Of a DNA stretch of 64,000 bases, positions 1 to 9,641 are shown in pieces. The notes under the pieces are model-generated. The model was given only the letters and a program-made list of their open reading frames with translations. It searched no databases and was not told where the DNA came from. Origin of the DNA: Patescibacteria group bacterium (GTDB lineage: Bacteria; Patescibacteriota; Patescibacteriia; Patescibacteriales; JBAZCA01); the NCBI GenBank assembly GCA_041661505.1, contig JBAZUF010000003.1:74772-138771 (forward strand), written 5' to 3'. How positions within the stretch are numbered: position 1 is the first letter of the stretch; each line of letters starts with the position of its first letter. The position numbers and the translations under genes are program-made.

Positions 1-243
1 TTTCAGGAATTTGAAATCGGAACCGGCCAAAGCCGCTCGATTCGAAAATTGGTTTTAATGATAAAAAAAATGACGGGCAATAATACTTCCCGGCTTAATT
101 GGGGGGCTCTGCCTTACAAAGAAGGGGAAGCGATGGATTCCAGGGCGCGGGTTTCCCGCAACAAGAAATTAAAGTGGCGGGCAGAGTACGATTTAAAAAA
201 TGGCCTTAAAAAAACGCTTGAGTATTATTTATCAAATAAATGA
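1..243 (+). CDS. NAD-dependent sugar epimerase/dehydratase (extended SDR), C-terminal fragment; gene starts upstream of window
   Basis: Frame 1 is open from base 1 to TGA 241-243. The tail EYDLKNGLKKTLEYYL resembles GalE/RmlB-like C-termini. The track start at 49 is an internal TTG. The stop overlaps the next ATG (ATGA). Confidence 0.45.
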   Translation, partial: FQEFEIGTGQSRSIRKLVLMIKKMTGNNTSRLNWGALPYKEGEAMDSRARVSRNKKLKWRAEYDLKNGLKKTLEYYLSNK

Positions 244-1652
244 ATACAGTTCTCATTAATCCTCCGCTCAATCTGGATTTGCGCCAAAATATTTTTTCCA
301 CCCAATATCCTCTGAATTTAGGCTATCTGGGAGCGGTTCTGGAAAAGAATGGTTTTTCAGTCAAGCTCTACGATTACGCGGTCGAAAATTTTAACGAGGA
401 AGAATTCCTGCGGCGGATAAAAGATGATGGTGTCCGATTGGCCGGCGTGACGGCTATGACCAACACTATCATATCCGCCGGACGGCTGATTCGAATTTTG
501 AAGAAAAATTTTCCGGAAGTAACAACGGTTTTAGGAGGAACTCATCCGACCGCATTGCCTGAAAGAACTTTCGAAGAAATTCCCGAGCTGGACTATATTA
601 TAATGGGGGAAGGAGAACTTACGCTCCTGGAGCTTTGCAAAACTCTGGAAAATTCCGGCAGTACGGGAAATATTCAAGGGTTGGCCTTCCGGGAAGAAGA
701 CGGAACAATCGTAAAGAATCCCCGCCGTCCGCTAATAGAGGATTTGGACGTCCTGCCTTTTCCCAGCCGCGATTTATCGCGCCCCGAACTATATTGCCGC
801 TCGCATACTTCCCGGGGGATTTCCAGGAAGTTTTTAAAAATCGCCGAACTGATGACTTCCCGAGGCTGCCCTAGCCAGTGTATTTTCTGCGCGGGACACA
901 TCAGTTATGGCTACCGGGTAAGGTTTAGGAGCGCCGAAAATGTTTTAGCCGAAGCCGAGGAGTGCGTTAGGAAATACGGCATCCAGCACTTCACCATACT
1001 AGACGACACTTTTACCCTGAAGCCGGAAAGGACTGCCGCTATTTGCGAAGGCTTGAAAAAAATGGGGGCTACCTTTGACTGCAATACCCGGGTGAACGCG
1101 GTAAGCCGGGAGTTGATAGTTAAAATGGCGGAAACCGGCTGCAAAAAAATTTCTTTCGGAATCGAATCCGGGAGCCAGAGGATGTTAAAACTGATAAAAA
1201 AAGGGACTACGGTAGAAGAGATAAAAAGAGCGGTGGGTTGGGCCCGCGAAGCCGGAATCCATATTGTTGAGGGGACTTTTATCCTGGGTTCGCACCCGGC
1301 AGAGACCCGAAGCGATATTGAAGAAACGCTTAAATTAATGAAAGAACTTGATTTAGATTTTATTTCTTACGGCATTATTGTTCCTTTTCCGGGAACCGAG
1401 GTTTATGAAATTATGCTTCTAAAAGGCCTCCTTTCCCCCAAAGTTTCCTGGGACAAGTTTGTTTTTGCCGGTGAGCCTCCCTGGCGGATTGAAAATTTTT
1501 CCGCTAGCGAGCTTTTAAAAATCCAAAAGCGAGTCTATCGGGAATTTTTTCTGCGTCCGGGTTACGTTTTAAAGCGGATCAAAAGGACAAATATTCGGGA
1601 ATTGAAATATTATTCTGGCGCTTTAGCTGATTTTATCAAAAACTTGATATGA
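240..1652 (+). CDS. B12-binding-domain radical SAM protein (class B rSAM, paralog 1 of 4)
   Basis: N-terminal B12-like Rossmann region (LGYLGAVLEKNGFSVKLYD, GVTAMT, VLGGTHPT, IIMGEGE), then Cys triad SRGCPSQCIFCAG (Cx3Cx2C). 470 aa. ATGA overlaps on both sides. Confidence 0.8.
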   Translation: MNTVLINPPLNLDLRQNIFSTQYPLNLGYLGAVLEKNGFSVKLYDYAVENFNEEEFLRRIKDDGVRLAGVTAMTNTIISAGRLIRILKKNFPEVTTVLGGTHPTALPERTFEEIPELDYIIMGEGELTLLELCKTLENSGSTGNIQGLAFREEDGTIVKNPRRPLIEDLDVLPFPSRDLSRPELYCRSHTSRGISRKFLKIAELMTSRGCPSQCIFCAGHISYGYRVRFRSAENVLAEAEECVRKYGIQHFTILDDTFTLKPERTAAICEGLKKMGATFDCNTRVNAVSRELIVKMAETGCKKISFGIESGSQRMLKLIKKGTTVEEIKRAVGWAREAGIHIVEGTFILGSHPAETRSDIEETLKLMKELDLDFISYGIIVPFPGTEVYEIMLLKGLLSPKVSWDKFVFAGEPPWRIENFSASELLKIQKRVYREFFLRPGYVLKRIKRTNIRELKYYSGALADFIKNLI

Positions 1653-2716
1653 AAAATTTTTATCGGGATAAAAAGATACTTATTACCGGCCATACCGGAT
1701 TCAAGGGAGCCTGGCTTACTCAAATTTTGTTAAACTGGGGCGCAGATATCGCCGGCCTTTCTCTTCTGCCGGAGACCGAACCCAGTCTTTTTGAGGTTTT
1801 GGGACTGCAAAAAAAAATTACTAATTATTTTTATGATATAAGAGATTACTCGCTGGTTAGAAAGGTTGTTTTAAAAGAAAGGCCGGAGATTGTTTTCCAT
1901 TTGGCCGCCCAAGCGCTGGTAAGGGAAAGTTATGACGATCCGATAAAAACTTTTGCCACCAACACTATGGGCACCGTCCATATTCTTCACGCTATCCGCG
2001 AAGCAGGATGCGTAAAATCAGCGGTAATTATTACAACTGACAAAGTTTATAAAAATGCCGGCCAAAACCGTCCCCAAAAAGAGGCGGATCCCCTGGGCGG
2101 GCATGATCCTTATAGCGCGAGCAAGGCCGCCGCGGAGATGGTGATTGAATCTTATGCCAAGTCTTTTTTTAATCCGGCGGACTTTAGAAAAAATCACAAC
2201 ACTTTAATCGCCAGCGCCCGCGCCGGAAATGTAATCGGGGGAGGCGATTGGGCCCGGGACCGGCTTATCCCGGATTTTATAAGATCGGCCTGCGAAAAGA
2301 AAAATAAATTAACAATCAGAAAGCCCAAAGCCATCCGGCCCTGGCAGTATGTTCTGGATCCGCTTTCCGGGTATTTAATTCTTGCCAAAAGGCTTCATGC
2401 CGGGGAAAAGAAATTGAGTTCAGCCTGGAATTTCGGCCCCCCAAAAAGAAGTTTTGTTTCGGTAGAGGAAATTATGAAGAAGCTCTCAATTATGCTAGGC
2501 GAGGCGGATTATAAGATAAGACCACAAAACGATAAGCCCGAAGCCGATGTATTAAAGCTTGATGCTAGTAAAGCCGAAAAACTATTGGGCTGGACGCCGA
2601 AATATAATCTGGATCAAAGCCTTGAGTGCGCGATGGAATGGTACAAAGGCTATTATTCTGATCCCGGCCACATCTTAAAATTGACCGATAATCAAATTAA
2701 GAGGTTTTTTAATTAG
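1649..2716 (+). CDS. rfbG: CDP-glucose 4,6-dehydratase
   Basis: N-terminus FYRDKKILITGHTGFKGAWL is the hallmark start of RfbG-type dehydratases. YSASKAAAE supplies the catalytic YxxxK. 355 aa. Confidence 0.8.
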   Translation: MKNFYRDKKILITGHTGFKGAWLTQILLNWGADIAGLSLLPETEPSLFEVLGLQKKITNYFYDIRDYSLVRKVVLKERPEIVFHLAAQALVRESYDDPIKTFATNTMGTVHILHAIREAGCVKSAVIITTDKVYKNAGQNRPQKEADPLGGHDPYSASKAAAEMVIESYAKSFFNPADFRKNHNTLIASARAGNVIGGGDWARDRLIPDFIRSACEKKNKLTIRKPKAIRPWQYVLDPLSGYLILAKRLHAGEKKLSSAWNFGPPKRSFVSVEEIMKKLSIMLGEADYKIRPQNDKPEADVLKLDASKAEKLLGWTPKYNLDQSLECAMEWYKGYYSDPGHILKLTDNQIKRFFN

Positions 2717-2780
2717 CTTTCCCCGCAAATGTCTATCAATATTAATGATTGCCTGATTGGCCTTTTTTGGGGCTGATTTT

Positions 2781-2809
2781 TTGCTTTTTACTGTAAAATA
2801 AGATATATT
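2781..2809 (+). promoter_or_regulatory. Candidate sigma70-like promoter TTGCTT-N17-TATATT upstream of 2851
   Basis: Hexamers read directly: -35 at 2781-2786 and -10 at 2804-2809, in a 134-nt gap. Confidence 0.3.
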
Positions 2810-2850
2810 TATGGATGAAAGAATATTATTATGGAAGTTAAAAACGGTTT

Positions 2851-5058
2851 ATGAATCAGACTGAAATGACTCCTGCCAGCCTATCTTCAAACGAGGGCCG
2901 CCGGACCGAGGTTCGGTCGGTATTTTTTGGAATAATCATGTCCTCTGTCCTGGCCTTTTTATACTGGCTTTCCCGTTATGGCCTGGATAATCCGGGTCTG
3001 GCGGTTTTAAACGTGCTTTCGATTGGCTACATTTTGCTTATTTTTCCCCACCTGTTAAGAAGATTTTTAAAGACAGAAAATTTATGGCTGAATTACTTCT
3101 TTCTTTCGATTTATACTTTGCTTTTTTTAACTTTTTTGGGGTATATTTCATCCTTTATTGGCATAAGCTTGCTTCTTAAAGCCCTATTTTACTTCGGATT
3201 TTTTCTCCTCTTTATTTTTCTTTATGACTATTTTTTCAATTTTTTCAAAAAAAGCGATGTTCTTTACGCCATGTTTTTTTTATTTTTTTCTTCATTCGTC
3301 GCTTTCGCCGTATGGGGCACCAAGCTCCACAGCCCTCTTTTTACGGAAAAAATTGTTTTAGGAAGCGCTAATGCCGATACGCTATCTTTTTCCGCCACCG
3401 CTAACCTGATAAAAACGTACGATATGCCCTCAACCGGCGTCGATGGCTTGCCTTATTTGCCGTATCATTGGGGAAGTAACGCAATTTTCGCTTTTTTTTC
3501 CTCGCTTTCCGGAGTAAGCGCTTTAACTTTTTATAACTTGGGCTTCCCGGTAATCTTCATTCCTTTTTATTTTATTAATCTTTTATCTTTGGTGTCGGCC
3601 GGAAGAAGGTATAAAAATTTCGGCCTCCGTTTTGGCTTGTCCCTCTACGTGCTATTGTCTATCATCTATATTGAAATTCTTCCTTCGGCGTGGAGGGAGG
3701 GGAGCGTCGGCTTACTGCCGCCCTTTTCAAGCGAAACCCATCTTATGGGGATGAGCTTTCTGTTTTTGATTTTAGGCTCCGTATTGGCATACTTTGAAAA
3801 AAGGAGAAAAGCCGAGAGCGCGAATTTTCATTTAAGCGACTATTTTTTTCTCTTTTTATTTTTACCGGCTCTTTTCGGCTTGCTTGGCATAATCAAAATT
3901 TTTTGGCTTCCTTTTTTGGCCGCCGTTTACGGCTATCTATTTTTCCGTCTGGGCTGGTGGAAAAGAATGGTTTTCTGGATCAACGGGGGGCTCTTGGCGC
4001 TTTTTTCCGCCGGAGCGGCCGGGCTGGTATTGAAAAATGAAGGGATGGCCCCGAGATTTCTTTCCTATATTAGAGATAGCGTCAGCCATGAAATGTACGC
4101 CATATTTTTCCTATATTATTTTATTTGGCTGGTTTTATTCATTTTTTTATTTTTTCTCCGCCACAAAGTCAAGGCAGGTGATTTAAGAAATTTCATTAAA
4201 GAAAAAAAGCATCTTGAGATTGAGCTGATTATTTTTATCGTAATTTTGGCCGTGCTTCCCGGAACGATTTTTTTTATTCCGCACGGCAATGCAATTTATT
4301 TTTTTGATTTTCAAAGATGGATGTGTCTGGTTTTAGCCCTAATTTACTGGCCGGCGGTTTACGGGAAGGCAAGAGAAGCGGGGCCGGTTTCCCTTCGGCG
4401 GATGAATCTGGGGATTATTACTGCCGGCTTTTTTTTCTTAGCCTTTTTTTCCTATAATTATTTTCATAACTATTTCAAGCAAGCCAAGCTTTTTTTTGGA
4501 AGAAATATTACGACTCGCAGCGCTGTTTTGAACTCAAAAGAAAATTTTAATTTGATAAGCGAGTCCTTAACCAGCCCCTGGCTGGGGATAAGCGGAATTA
4601 AGGCCGTTTGGTCGCTCGCCATGGAGCCTTACGGGGGAATGCTGAATAAGAACCCCCGGTATCAGTTTTTAAAAATTTTAGAAGAAATTGACAGAATGCC
4701 GATTAGCGGGAAAAAGGAAACCTGCATTTACATTCCCCGCAGTAATATGATATTTTGGAAAAGCTGGGAAACGGATTATAGCACAAAAAATGAAGGCAAA
4801 ATGTATTTAAAGATTCCGCTTATTGTTCCGTCGGTAAGCGGGCTGGCGATGATTAACGGCCTGCCCAAAGGATTAGATCCCGATGTATCGGTGCGCTGGT
4901 ACGGCTATGGCCTGTATAACCAAAAAGAGGCGGTGTTTGACCGGGATTTGACTGCTGAAGAGATTAAGGCGCTCGGAATAAAGAGAGGTTTTAAGAGAAT
5001 TATTGTAATCCGCCAGGCTGGCCCAGGGTTAAAAGTAGATAATATTGAAACCAAGTAA
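2851..5058 (+). CDS. Large polytopic membrane protein with C-terminal soluble domain (GT-C-like, polymerase- or ligase-like; family unresolved)
   Basis: 735 aa. More than 12 hydrophobic F/L/I-rich segments through about residue 540, then a roughly 190 aa hydrophilic tail. Sits inside the glycan operon. Confidence 0.4.
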   Translation: MNQTEMTPASLSSNEGRRTEVRSVFFGIIMSSVLAFLYWLSRYGLDNPGLAVLNVLSIGYILLIFPHLLRRFLKTENLWLNYFFLSIYTLLFLTFLGYISSFIGISLLLKALFYFGFFLLFIFLYDYFFNFFKKSDVLYAMFFLFFSSFVAFAVWGTKLHSPLFTEKIVLGSANADTLSFSATANLIKTYDMPSTGVDGLPYLPYHWGSNAIFAFFSSLSGVSALTFYNLGFPVIFIPFYFINLLSLVSAGRRYKNFGLRFGLSLYVLLSIIYIEILPSAWREGSVGLLPPFSSETHLMGMSFLFLILGSVLAYFEKRRKAESANFHLSDYFFLFLFLPALFGLLGIIKIFWLPFLAAVYGYLFFRLGWWKRMVFWINGGLLALFSAGAAGLVLKNEGMAPRFLSYIRDSVSHEMYAIFFLYYFIWLVLFIFLFFLRHKVKAGDLRNFIKEKKHLEIELIIFIVILAVLPGTIFFIPHGNAIYFFDFQRWMCLVLALIYWPAVYGKAREAGPVSLRRMNLGIITAGFFFLAFFSYNYFHNYFKQAKLFFGRNITTRSAVLNSKENFNLISESLTSPWLGISGIKAVWSLAMEPYGGMLNKNPRYQFLKILEEIDRMPISGKKETCIYIPRSNMIFWKSWETDYSTKNEGKMYLKIPLIVPSVSGLAMINGLPKGLDPDVSVRWYGYGLYNQKEAVFDRDLTAEEIKALGIKRGFKRIIVIRQAGPGLKVDNIETK

Positions 5059-5089
5059 AATACGCCTAATATTATAATCTAACTCCCTT

Positions 5090-5119
5090 GTCCCGCCTCG
5101 CAAAACGCGGGGCGGGGAC
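5090..5119 (+). other. GC-rich stem-loop ending 15 nt before ATG 5135
   Basis: GTCCCGCCTCGC-AAAA-CGCGGGGCGGGGAC, an imperfect stem of about 11 bp with one bulge. A TATAAT hexamer lies at 5073-5078 upstream. Confidence 0.5.
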
Positions 5120-5134
5120 CCGCTCGCGTTAATT

Positions 5135-5752
5135 ATGAAAAATACCTGGAACCAATTTTTTGAGGAGAAGTTAAAGAAAATTTTTGATGAAAAATCGAAC
5201 ATTATCGATATTGGCGGAGGATTGAGAGTAAAAAAGGGGAGCGGTAACCGGTATGACCCGAAGAACGCCTGGATTCTGCCCCGGATGGAAAAGGTCCGGT
5301 ATCAAATCCTTGATCCGGTGCCGGACTATAATCCGGATATTATCGGCGATATCCATCGCCTGCCTTTTTTAGACGAAAGCCAGGAAGCGATTTTATGCCT
5401 TGCCGTTTTGGAACATGTTGAAGATCCGAAAAAAGCCTGCCGGGAAATTTGGCGGTCGCTAAAAAAAGGCGGTTACGCGCTGGTTTACACGCCTTTTTTA
5501 TATTATTACCATGCCGAGCCCGGATATTATAAGGACTATTGGCGGTTTTCCGAAGATGCCCTTAATTTTTTATTTAAAGATTTTTCCAGCCGGGAAATGT
5601 GCCCGGTCCGCGGGGCAATATCGACCTGGATGCACCTTTCGCCTTTGGGGCGGGTGCCGTTAATTGCGGGCTTGGCTAATCTACTGGACAAGATTAGCGG
5701 AAAGTCGAAGAGTCGCCAGGTTAGCGGCCATTATATTTTTTTAGTAAAATAA
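5135..5752 (+). CDS. Class I SAM-dependent methyltransferase
   Basis: IIDIGGG (motif I), LAVLEHVEDP and LKKGGYALV are typical of Methyltransf_11-type enzymes. 205 aa. Confidence 0.7.
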   Translation: MKNTWNQFFEEKLKKIFDEKSNIIDIGGGLRVKKGSGNRYDPKNAWILPRMEKVRYQILDPVPDYNPDIIGDIHRLPFLDESQEAILCLAVLEHVEDPKKACREIWRSLKKGGYALVYTPFLYYYHAEPGYYKDYWRFSEDALNFLFKDFSSREMCPVRGAISTWMHLSPLGRVPLIAGLANLLDKISGKSKSRQVSGHYIFLVK

Positions 5753-5766
5753 GAGAAATTACGTAT

Positions 5767-7065
5767 ATGAAAATCGGTATTGTCGGAGGAGGGTTTCATG
5801 GATTAGTGCTCGGCCACCTTCTTTCTAAAGAGCACGAAGTTTCCATTTTTGAAAAAGACGTGACTCTCGGCGGACTTCTTCAAACCGCCGATTTTAAAGA
5901 CTTTAGGCTGGAAAAATATTACCACCACATTTTTTTGAGGGACAGCCATATTGTAGAATTATTCCGCGAATTGGGAATTGAAAACGAACTTGGCTGGCAC
6001 CAGTCTACTACTTCGGTTTTTGCCAAAGGAAAATTTTTCCCCTTCTTCAAGCCCATGGAGCTTTTAAGATTTCCTCACTTGGGGATTTTTTCAAAGCTAA
6101 GGCTGGGGCTCGCGACGCTATTTTTGCAGAATTTGAAAAAAGGGGAAAAATTAAACCATCTTAATGCCAAGGCCTGGATAAAAAAAGTTATGGGAAGCGA
6201 AGCTTGGGAGGTCTTGTGGCGGCCGCTTTTCGAAGGGAAATTCAGCCGCTATTCAGAGGAAATTTCTTTAAGCTGGTTTTGGTCAAGGATCTCCTATAAA
6301 AGAGGATCTAAAACCGGAAAGGACGAGGTGCTGGGCTACCCCAAGGAAAGTTTTCAAATTATTATCGACAAGCTGATTGGATCGATTGTTAAAAAGAATG
6401 GAAAAATTTTCTCCGGTAAGGAGACAGTAGAAATTGTAATTGATGGCGGCCGCGCCGCGGGAATAAAAACCAAGGAAGGAAATATTGATTTTGACTTAAT
6501 TATCAGTACTGTCGCTCCGCCCCTTTTTCTAAAGCTTATACCCGGCGCCCCAGATGCTTTTAAAGACGAATTGAAGAAAATCAGATATCTGGGCGCCATC
6601 ACCGCGATTTTAGTTTTAAAAGAAAAGCTCGCCCCCGCTTACTGGAATAATATTTTAGACGTCGAGATCCCTTTTAAAGCTGTTATTGAACAGACTAATT
6701 TAGACGGGAGCGCCCGTTATGGGGCAAAGCATCTGGCCTACACTTCGCATTATACTCCGGTTGACTCGGAATATTTTAAAGCAGATAATGCGCAACTGAT
6801 TAAAATGTATATGCCGCATTTGAAAAAAATAAACGGCCGCGCAGAGGAAAATCTGCTGGAATACAGGATTTACCGGGATTGCTTTTGCCAGCCGATAATA
6901 TCCGTTGACTATCCTCAAGCAATAATAGATTTCAAGACGCCGATTACTAATTTATATCAGTTCAGTATGGCGCAAATTTTTCCCGAAGACCGGGGCTTGA
7001 ATATAGCCGTCCGGGAGGCAAAAAAAATAGTCCTGGAAATAGCCGAGAAATTCGATAAACCTTAA
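5767..7065 (+). CDS. NAD(P)/FAD-dependent oxidoreductase (amine-oxidase/HemY/CrtI-like fold)
   Basis: N-terminal dinucleotide fold MKIGIVGGGFHGLVLGHLL..VSIFEKDVTLGGL. 432 aa. Confidence 0.6.
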   Translation: MKIGIVGGGFHGLVLGHLLSKEHEVSIFEKDVTLGGLLQTADFKDFRLEKYYHHIFLRDSHIVELFRELGIENELGWHQSTTSVFAKGKFFPFFKPMELLRFPHLGIFSKLRLGLATLFLQNLKKGEKLNHLNAKAWIKKVMGSEAWEVLWRPLFEGKFSRYSEEISLSWFWSRISYKRGSKTGKDEVLGYPKESFQIIIDKLIGSIVKKNGKIFSGKETVEIVIDGGRAAGIKTKEGNIDFDLIISTVAPPLFLKLIPGAPDAFKDELKKIRYLGAITAILVLKEKLAPAYWNNILDVEIPFKAVIEQTNLDGSARYGAKHLAYTSHYTPVDSEYFKADNAQLIKMYMPHLKKINGRAEENLLEYRIYRDCFCQPIISVDYPQAIIDFKTPITNLYQFSMAQIFPEDRGLNIAVREAKKIVLEIAEKFDKP

Positions 7066-7069
7066 TATC

Positions 7070-8197
7070 ATGAAGCTTGCCTATATATTTAACGTCCGCC
7101 TGCCAACCGAAAAAGCCCATGGCATCCAGGTAATGAAAATGTGCGAGGCCTTTTCCTTAAATGGCGCGAAGGTAAAACTCATCATCCCGGCCCGGTTTAA
7201 TAAAATTAGCGGCAGCCCTTTTGATTTTTATTCCGTAAAGAAAACTTTCTCCATAGTCCGGCTGGCCTGTCTGGATATTTTAGTATTTATTAACGGGCGA
7301 TTCGGATACCTTGTTGAAACTCTTACCTTTCTTATTTCCGCAAGAATCTATTTGTGGCTCTATCAATTAAAAAACGGAAAACCGGAAATCCTTTACTCCC
7401 GGGAAGAGCTGATCGGCCTTTTTTTTAAAAATTACTTTTTGGAAATCCACACGCTTCCGGCCAGGGCGGGCTTTATCCATAAGCTAAGCTGGCGCCGGGC
7501 GAAAAAGCTTATAGTCCTTACCAAAATGCTAAAGGAAGAGCTGGTTAAAATCGGGATTCCTGAAGGAAAAATTTTAGTGGCGCCTGACGGGGTTGATTTG
7601 GATATTTTTGGCATCGAAATTTCCAAGAAAGATGCCCGGGAGAAAATCGGCCTCCCGATTGATAAGAAACTTGCCCTTTATTGCGGAAGTTTTTATTTAT
7701 ACGGCTGGAAGGGAGTGGATGTCTTATTGTCAGCCATTAAATATTTTTCCCCCGATATTACGGCAGTGCTGATCGGCGGGCGGAAAGAAGACATAGAGGA
7801 AATCAAGAAAAACTATCCTCAAGAGAATTTAATCCTTTTCGAACACCAGCCTCACGGCCAAATTCCATACTTCTTAAAGGCGGCCGATGTTTTAATCCTG
7901 CCGAACAAAAAAGGCGACCCAATATCGGAAAAATATACTTCGCCCTTAAAACTTTTTGAATATATGGCCGCGAAAAGGCCAATTGTCGCTTCGGACTTGC
8001 CGTCGATAAGGGAAGTGCTGGACGAAAAAAATAGCTTTTTAGTCGAGGCGGGTGATCCAAAAAGTTTGGCCGAAGGGATAAAAGAAGTTGTCGGAGATCA
8101 AAATTTTGGTGAAAAAAAATCCAGCCAGGCCTATGACAGGGTTAAGGGGTATACTTGGAAAAAACGGGCGGAGAAAATCTTAGAGCCGCTCTTATAA
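7070..8197 (+). CDS. Glycosyltransferase, GT-B fold (GT4-like)
   Basis: C-terminal nucleotide-sugar binding half with LILPNKKGD..SPLKLFEYMAAKRPIVASD (E-x7-E-like region). 375 aa. Confidence 0.7.
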   Translation: MKLAYIFNVRLPTEKAHGIQVMKMCEAFSLNGAKVKLIIPARFNKISGSPFDFYSVKKTFSIVRLACLDILVFINGRFGYLVETLTFLISARIYLWLYQLKNGKPEILYSREELIGLFFKNYFLEIHTLPARAGFIHKLSWRRAKKLIVLTKMLKEELVKIGIPEGKILVAPDGVDLDIFGIEISKKDAREKIGLPIDKKLALYCGSFYLYGWKGVDVLLSAIKYFSPDITAVLIGGRKEDIEEIKKNYPQENLILFEHQPHGQIPYFLKAADVLILPNKKGDPISEKYTSPLKLFEYMAAKRPIVASDLPSIREVLDEKNSFLVEAGDPKSLAEGIKEVVGDQNFGEKKSSQAYDRVKGYTWKKRAEKILEPLL

Positions 8198-8237
8198 GCA
8201 GGCTCGGCCGGTAATTTCCAAAATTTATAATATTTTT

Positions 8238-9641
8238 ATGAAAGATTTTTTGGCGAAATATAAGCCGGAACTAATAATTTTTTTTATAGCCGTAATAGTG
8301 CGGGTTATATTTTTTTATATTGCCTTAAAAGAGGTTAATTTTCAGCCGGCTGATTTACGCGCCGACGGCTATTACGAAATCGCCGACAACCTTTTAAAAT
8401 TCGGTGTTTTTTCCCGGGATGTAAGCGGGCAACTGCTGCCTGACTCAATCCGTACGCCCGGACTGCCGGCCTTGATTTACTCTTCCTATCGTTTATTCAA
8501 CACAGCCCTGCCTTTTTTCTTTTTGCAGATTATCGCCTCCGGCCTAATTCCGGTTTTAGCGAGGAGACTGGCCCTAAAGTCAAAACTGCGGCCGGCGCTT
8601 GCGTCCCTCATCGCCTCTTTTTTAATTTTTGAACCGCTGGGATTAAGCCTAACCGCAAAAATGCTTTCGGAAATATTTTTTACCTTCTTTTTCCTCTTAT
8701 CCCTTTTATGGCTCCTGAATTTTTTACAAATTTTCTTCTCTGGAACCAATGAAAAAGGCCGGGAGTACTGGTTTTTGGCCGCTTCAGCGGTTTCAGCCGG
8801 TGTAGCCGCCTTAATCCGCCCCTCTATCTACTTACTGCCAGTTTTTCTCATAGCCGCTTGGCTAGGCGCCGGGGCGTTGAAAAAAAAGCTTTACCTTAAA
8901 CCGGCCTTGCTGTTTTTTTTCTTTTTTTATATTATTGTCCTGCCATGGTATGTTAGAAATTACCGGGTATTTGGCAATTTTTCTTTCACTTCGGTCCAGG
9001 ATCAGGTTCTATTCACCGCCTTGTCGCCCTCGTTAGTTTCCTTGCGAGATAACGTCGGCTACCCGGAAGGACAAAGAAGGTTCTTTCTTCAAAATGGCTT
9101 TGACTATTTCCCCGAAGTTTATCTTGATACTGCAGGCTGGTTCCGCGAACGTTCGGTTCCTTTTATCTTAGGTCATCCGAAAGAGCTCGTAAAAATGTCG
9201 GTAATCAGCGTAATAACATTTTTCACTCATGACGGGGTTTTGGAATTTCAAGGCAATATGGGCTGGGCTTCTTCTTTGCGAGGCATGCCGCACTTTCTAG
9301 ATTTATTATTTTCTCCCTGGAGCCAAAAAATTAATCTGATGATCGGTATTCTTAAATCACCGGCCTTGGCCATTGTATTTATGCGCGCAGTCTGGTCGGT
9401 TATTTTTTTAAGCCTGGTTTTTAGTTCAATATATTTAATCAAAAAAAAGCGGCTTAATCCGGAATTGGGGCTATTCCTTTTTATATGCATTTATTTTTCC
9501 CTGACAACCATCTCAAACGGCCTGGCCGTAAACAGCCGCTTTCGGTTTCCGATTAACAGCTTAATATTAATTATCGCTCTTAAGGGAGTCAGTAGCTGGA
9601 ACAGAGAAAGAGGGCGAAAGATCATAAAAGAAAAAATATGA
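8238..9641 (+). CDS. GT-C fold membrane glycosyltransferase (GT39/ArnT/PMT-like)
   Basis: Polytopic. First loop ADLRADGYYEIADNLL..RTPGLPALIYSSY resembles the acidic loop and R-x-PG-x-P motif of ArnT/PMT_2 proteins. Its stop overlaps the start of the downstream GT2. Confidence 0.5.
   Translation: MKDFLAKYKPELIIFFIAVIVRVIFFYIALKEVNFQPADLRADGYYEIADNLLKFGVFSRDVSGQLLPDSIRTPGLPALIYSSYRLFNTALPFFFLQIIASGLIPVLARRLALKSKLRPALASLIASFLIFEPLGLSLTAKMLSEIFFTFFFLLSLLWLLNFLQIFFSGTNEKGREYWFLAASAVSAGVAALIRPSIYLLPVFLIAAWLGAGALKKKLYLKPALLFFFFFYIIVLPWYVRNYRVFGNFSFTSVQDQVLFTALSPSLVSLRDNVGYPEGQRRFFLQNGFDYFPEVYLDTAGWFRERSVPFILGHPKELVKMSVISVITFFTHDGVLEFQGNMGWASSLRGMPHFLDLLFSPWSQKINLMIGILKSPALAIVFMRAVWSVIFLSLVFSSIYLIKKKRLNPELGLFLFICIYFSLTTISNGLAVNSRFRFPINSLILIIALKGVSSWNRERGRKIIKEKI

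Noticed and set aside
2811-2864. A 17-codon upstream ORF (MDERILLWKLKTVYESD) overlapping the start of the 735-aa membrane protein gene.
   Set aside because: Its existence is visible, but nothing supports function. It lies where the predicted -10 (2804-09) would place the transcription start inside or just before it.
2851-5058. The 735-aa membrane protein considered as an STT3/PglB oligosaccharyltransferase, because of the sequence RWYGYG near the C-terminus.
   Set aside because: The motif does not align with WWDYG and sits about 45 residues from the C-terminus rather than at the start of the soluble domain. Only the generic GT-C-like architecture is retained.
5767-7065. The FAD protein considered as UDP-galactopyranose mutase (KYYHHIF resembles the Glf segment GAHIFHT).
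   Set aside because: Its length (432 aa) and C-terminal half look more like HemY/CrtI-type amine-oxidase-fold proteins. Without an alignment the Glf call is not supportable, so the generic call is kept.
8913-8929. Homopolymer runs considered as phase-variation switches. Examples: T8+T8 at 8913-29, T8 at 3274-81 and 4429-36, A8 on the coding strand at 23112-19, A9 at 54692-700 and 61674-82.
   Set aside because: They are A/T runs of at most 9 nt in an AT-rich genome and encode Phe/Lys stretches in frame. There are no long poly-G/C tracts of the Campylobacter or Neisseria type and no evidence of frameshifted copies.
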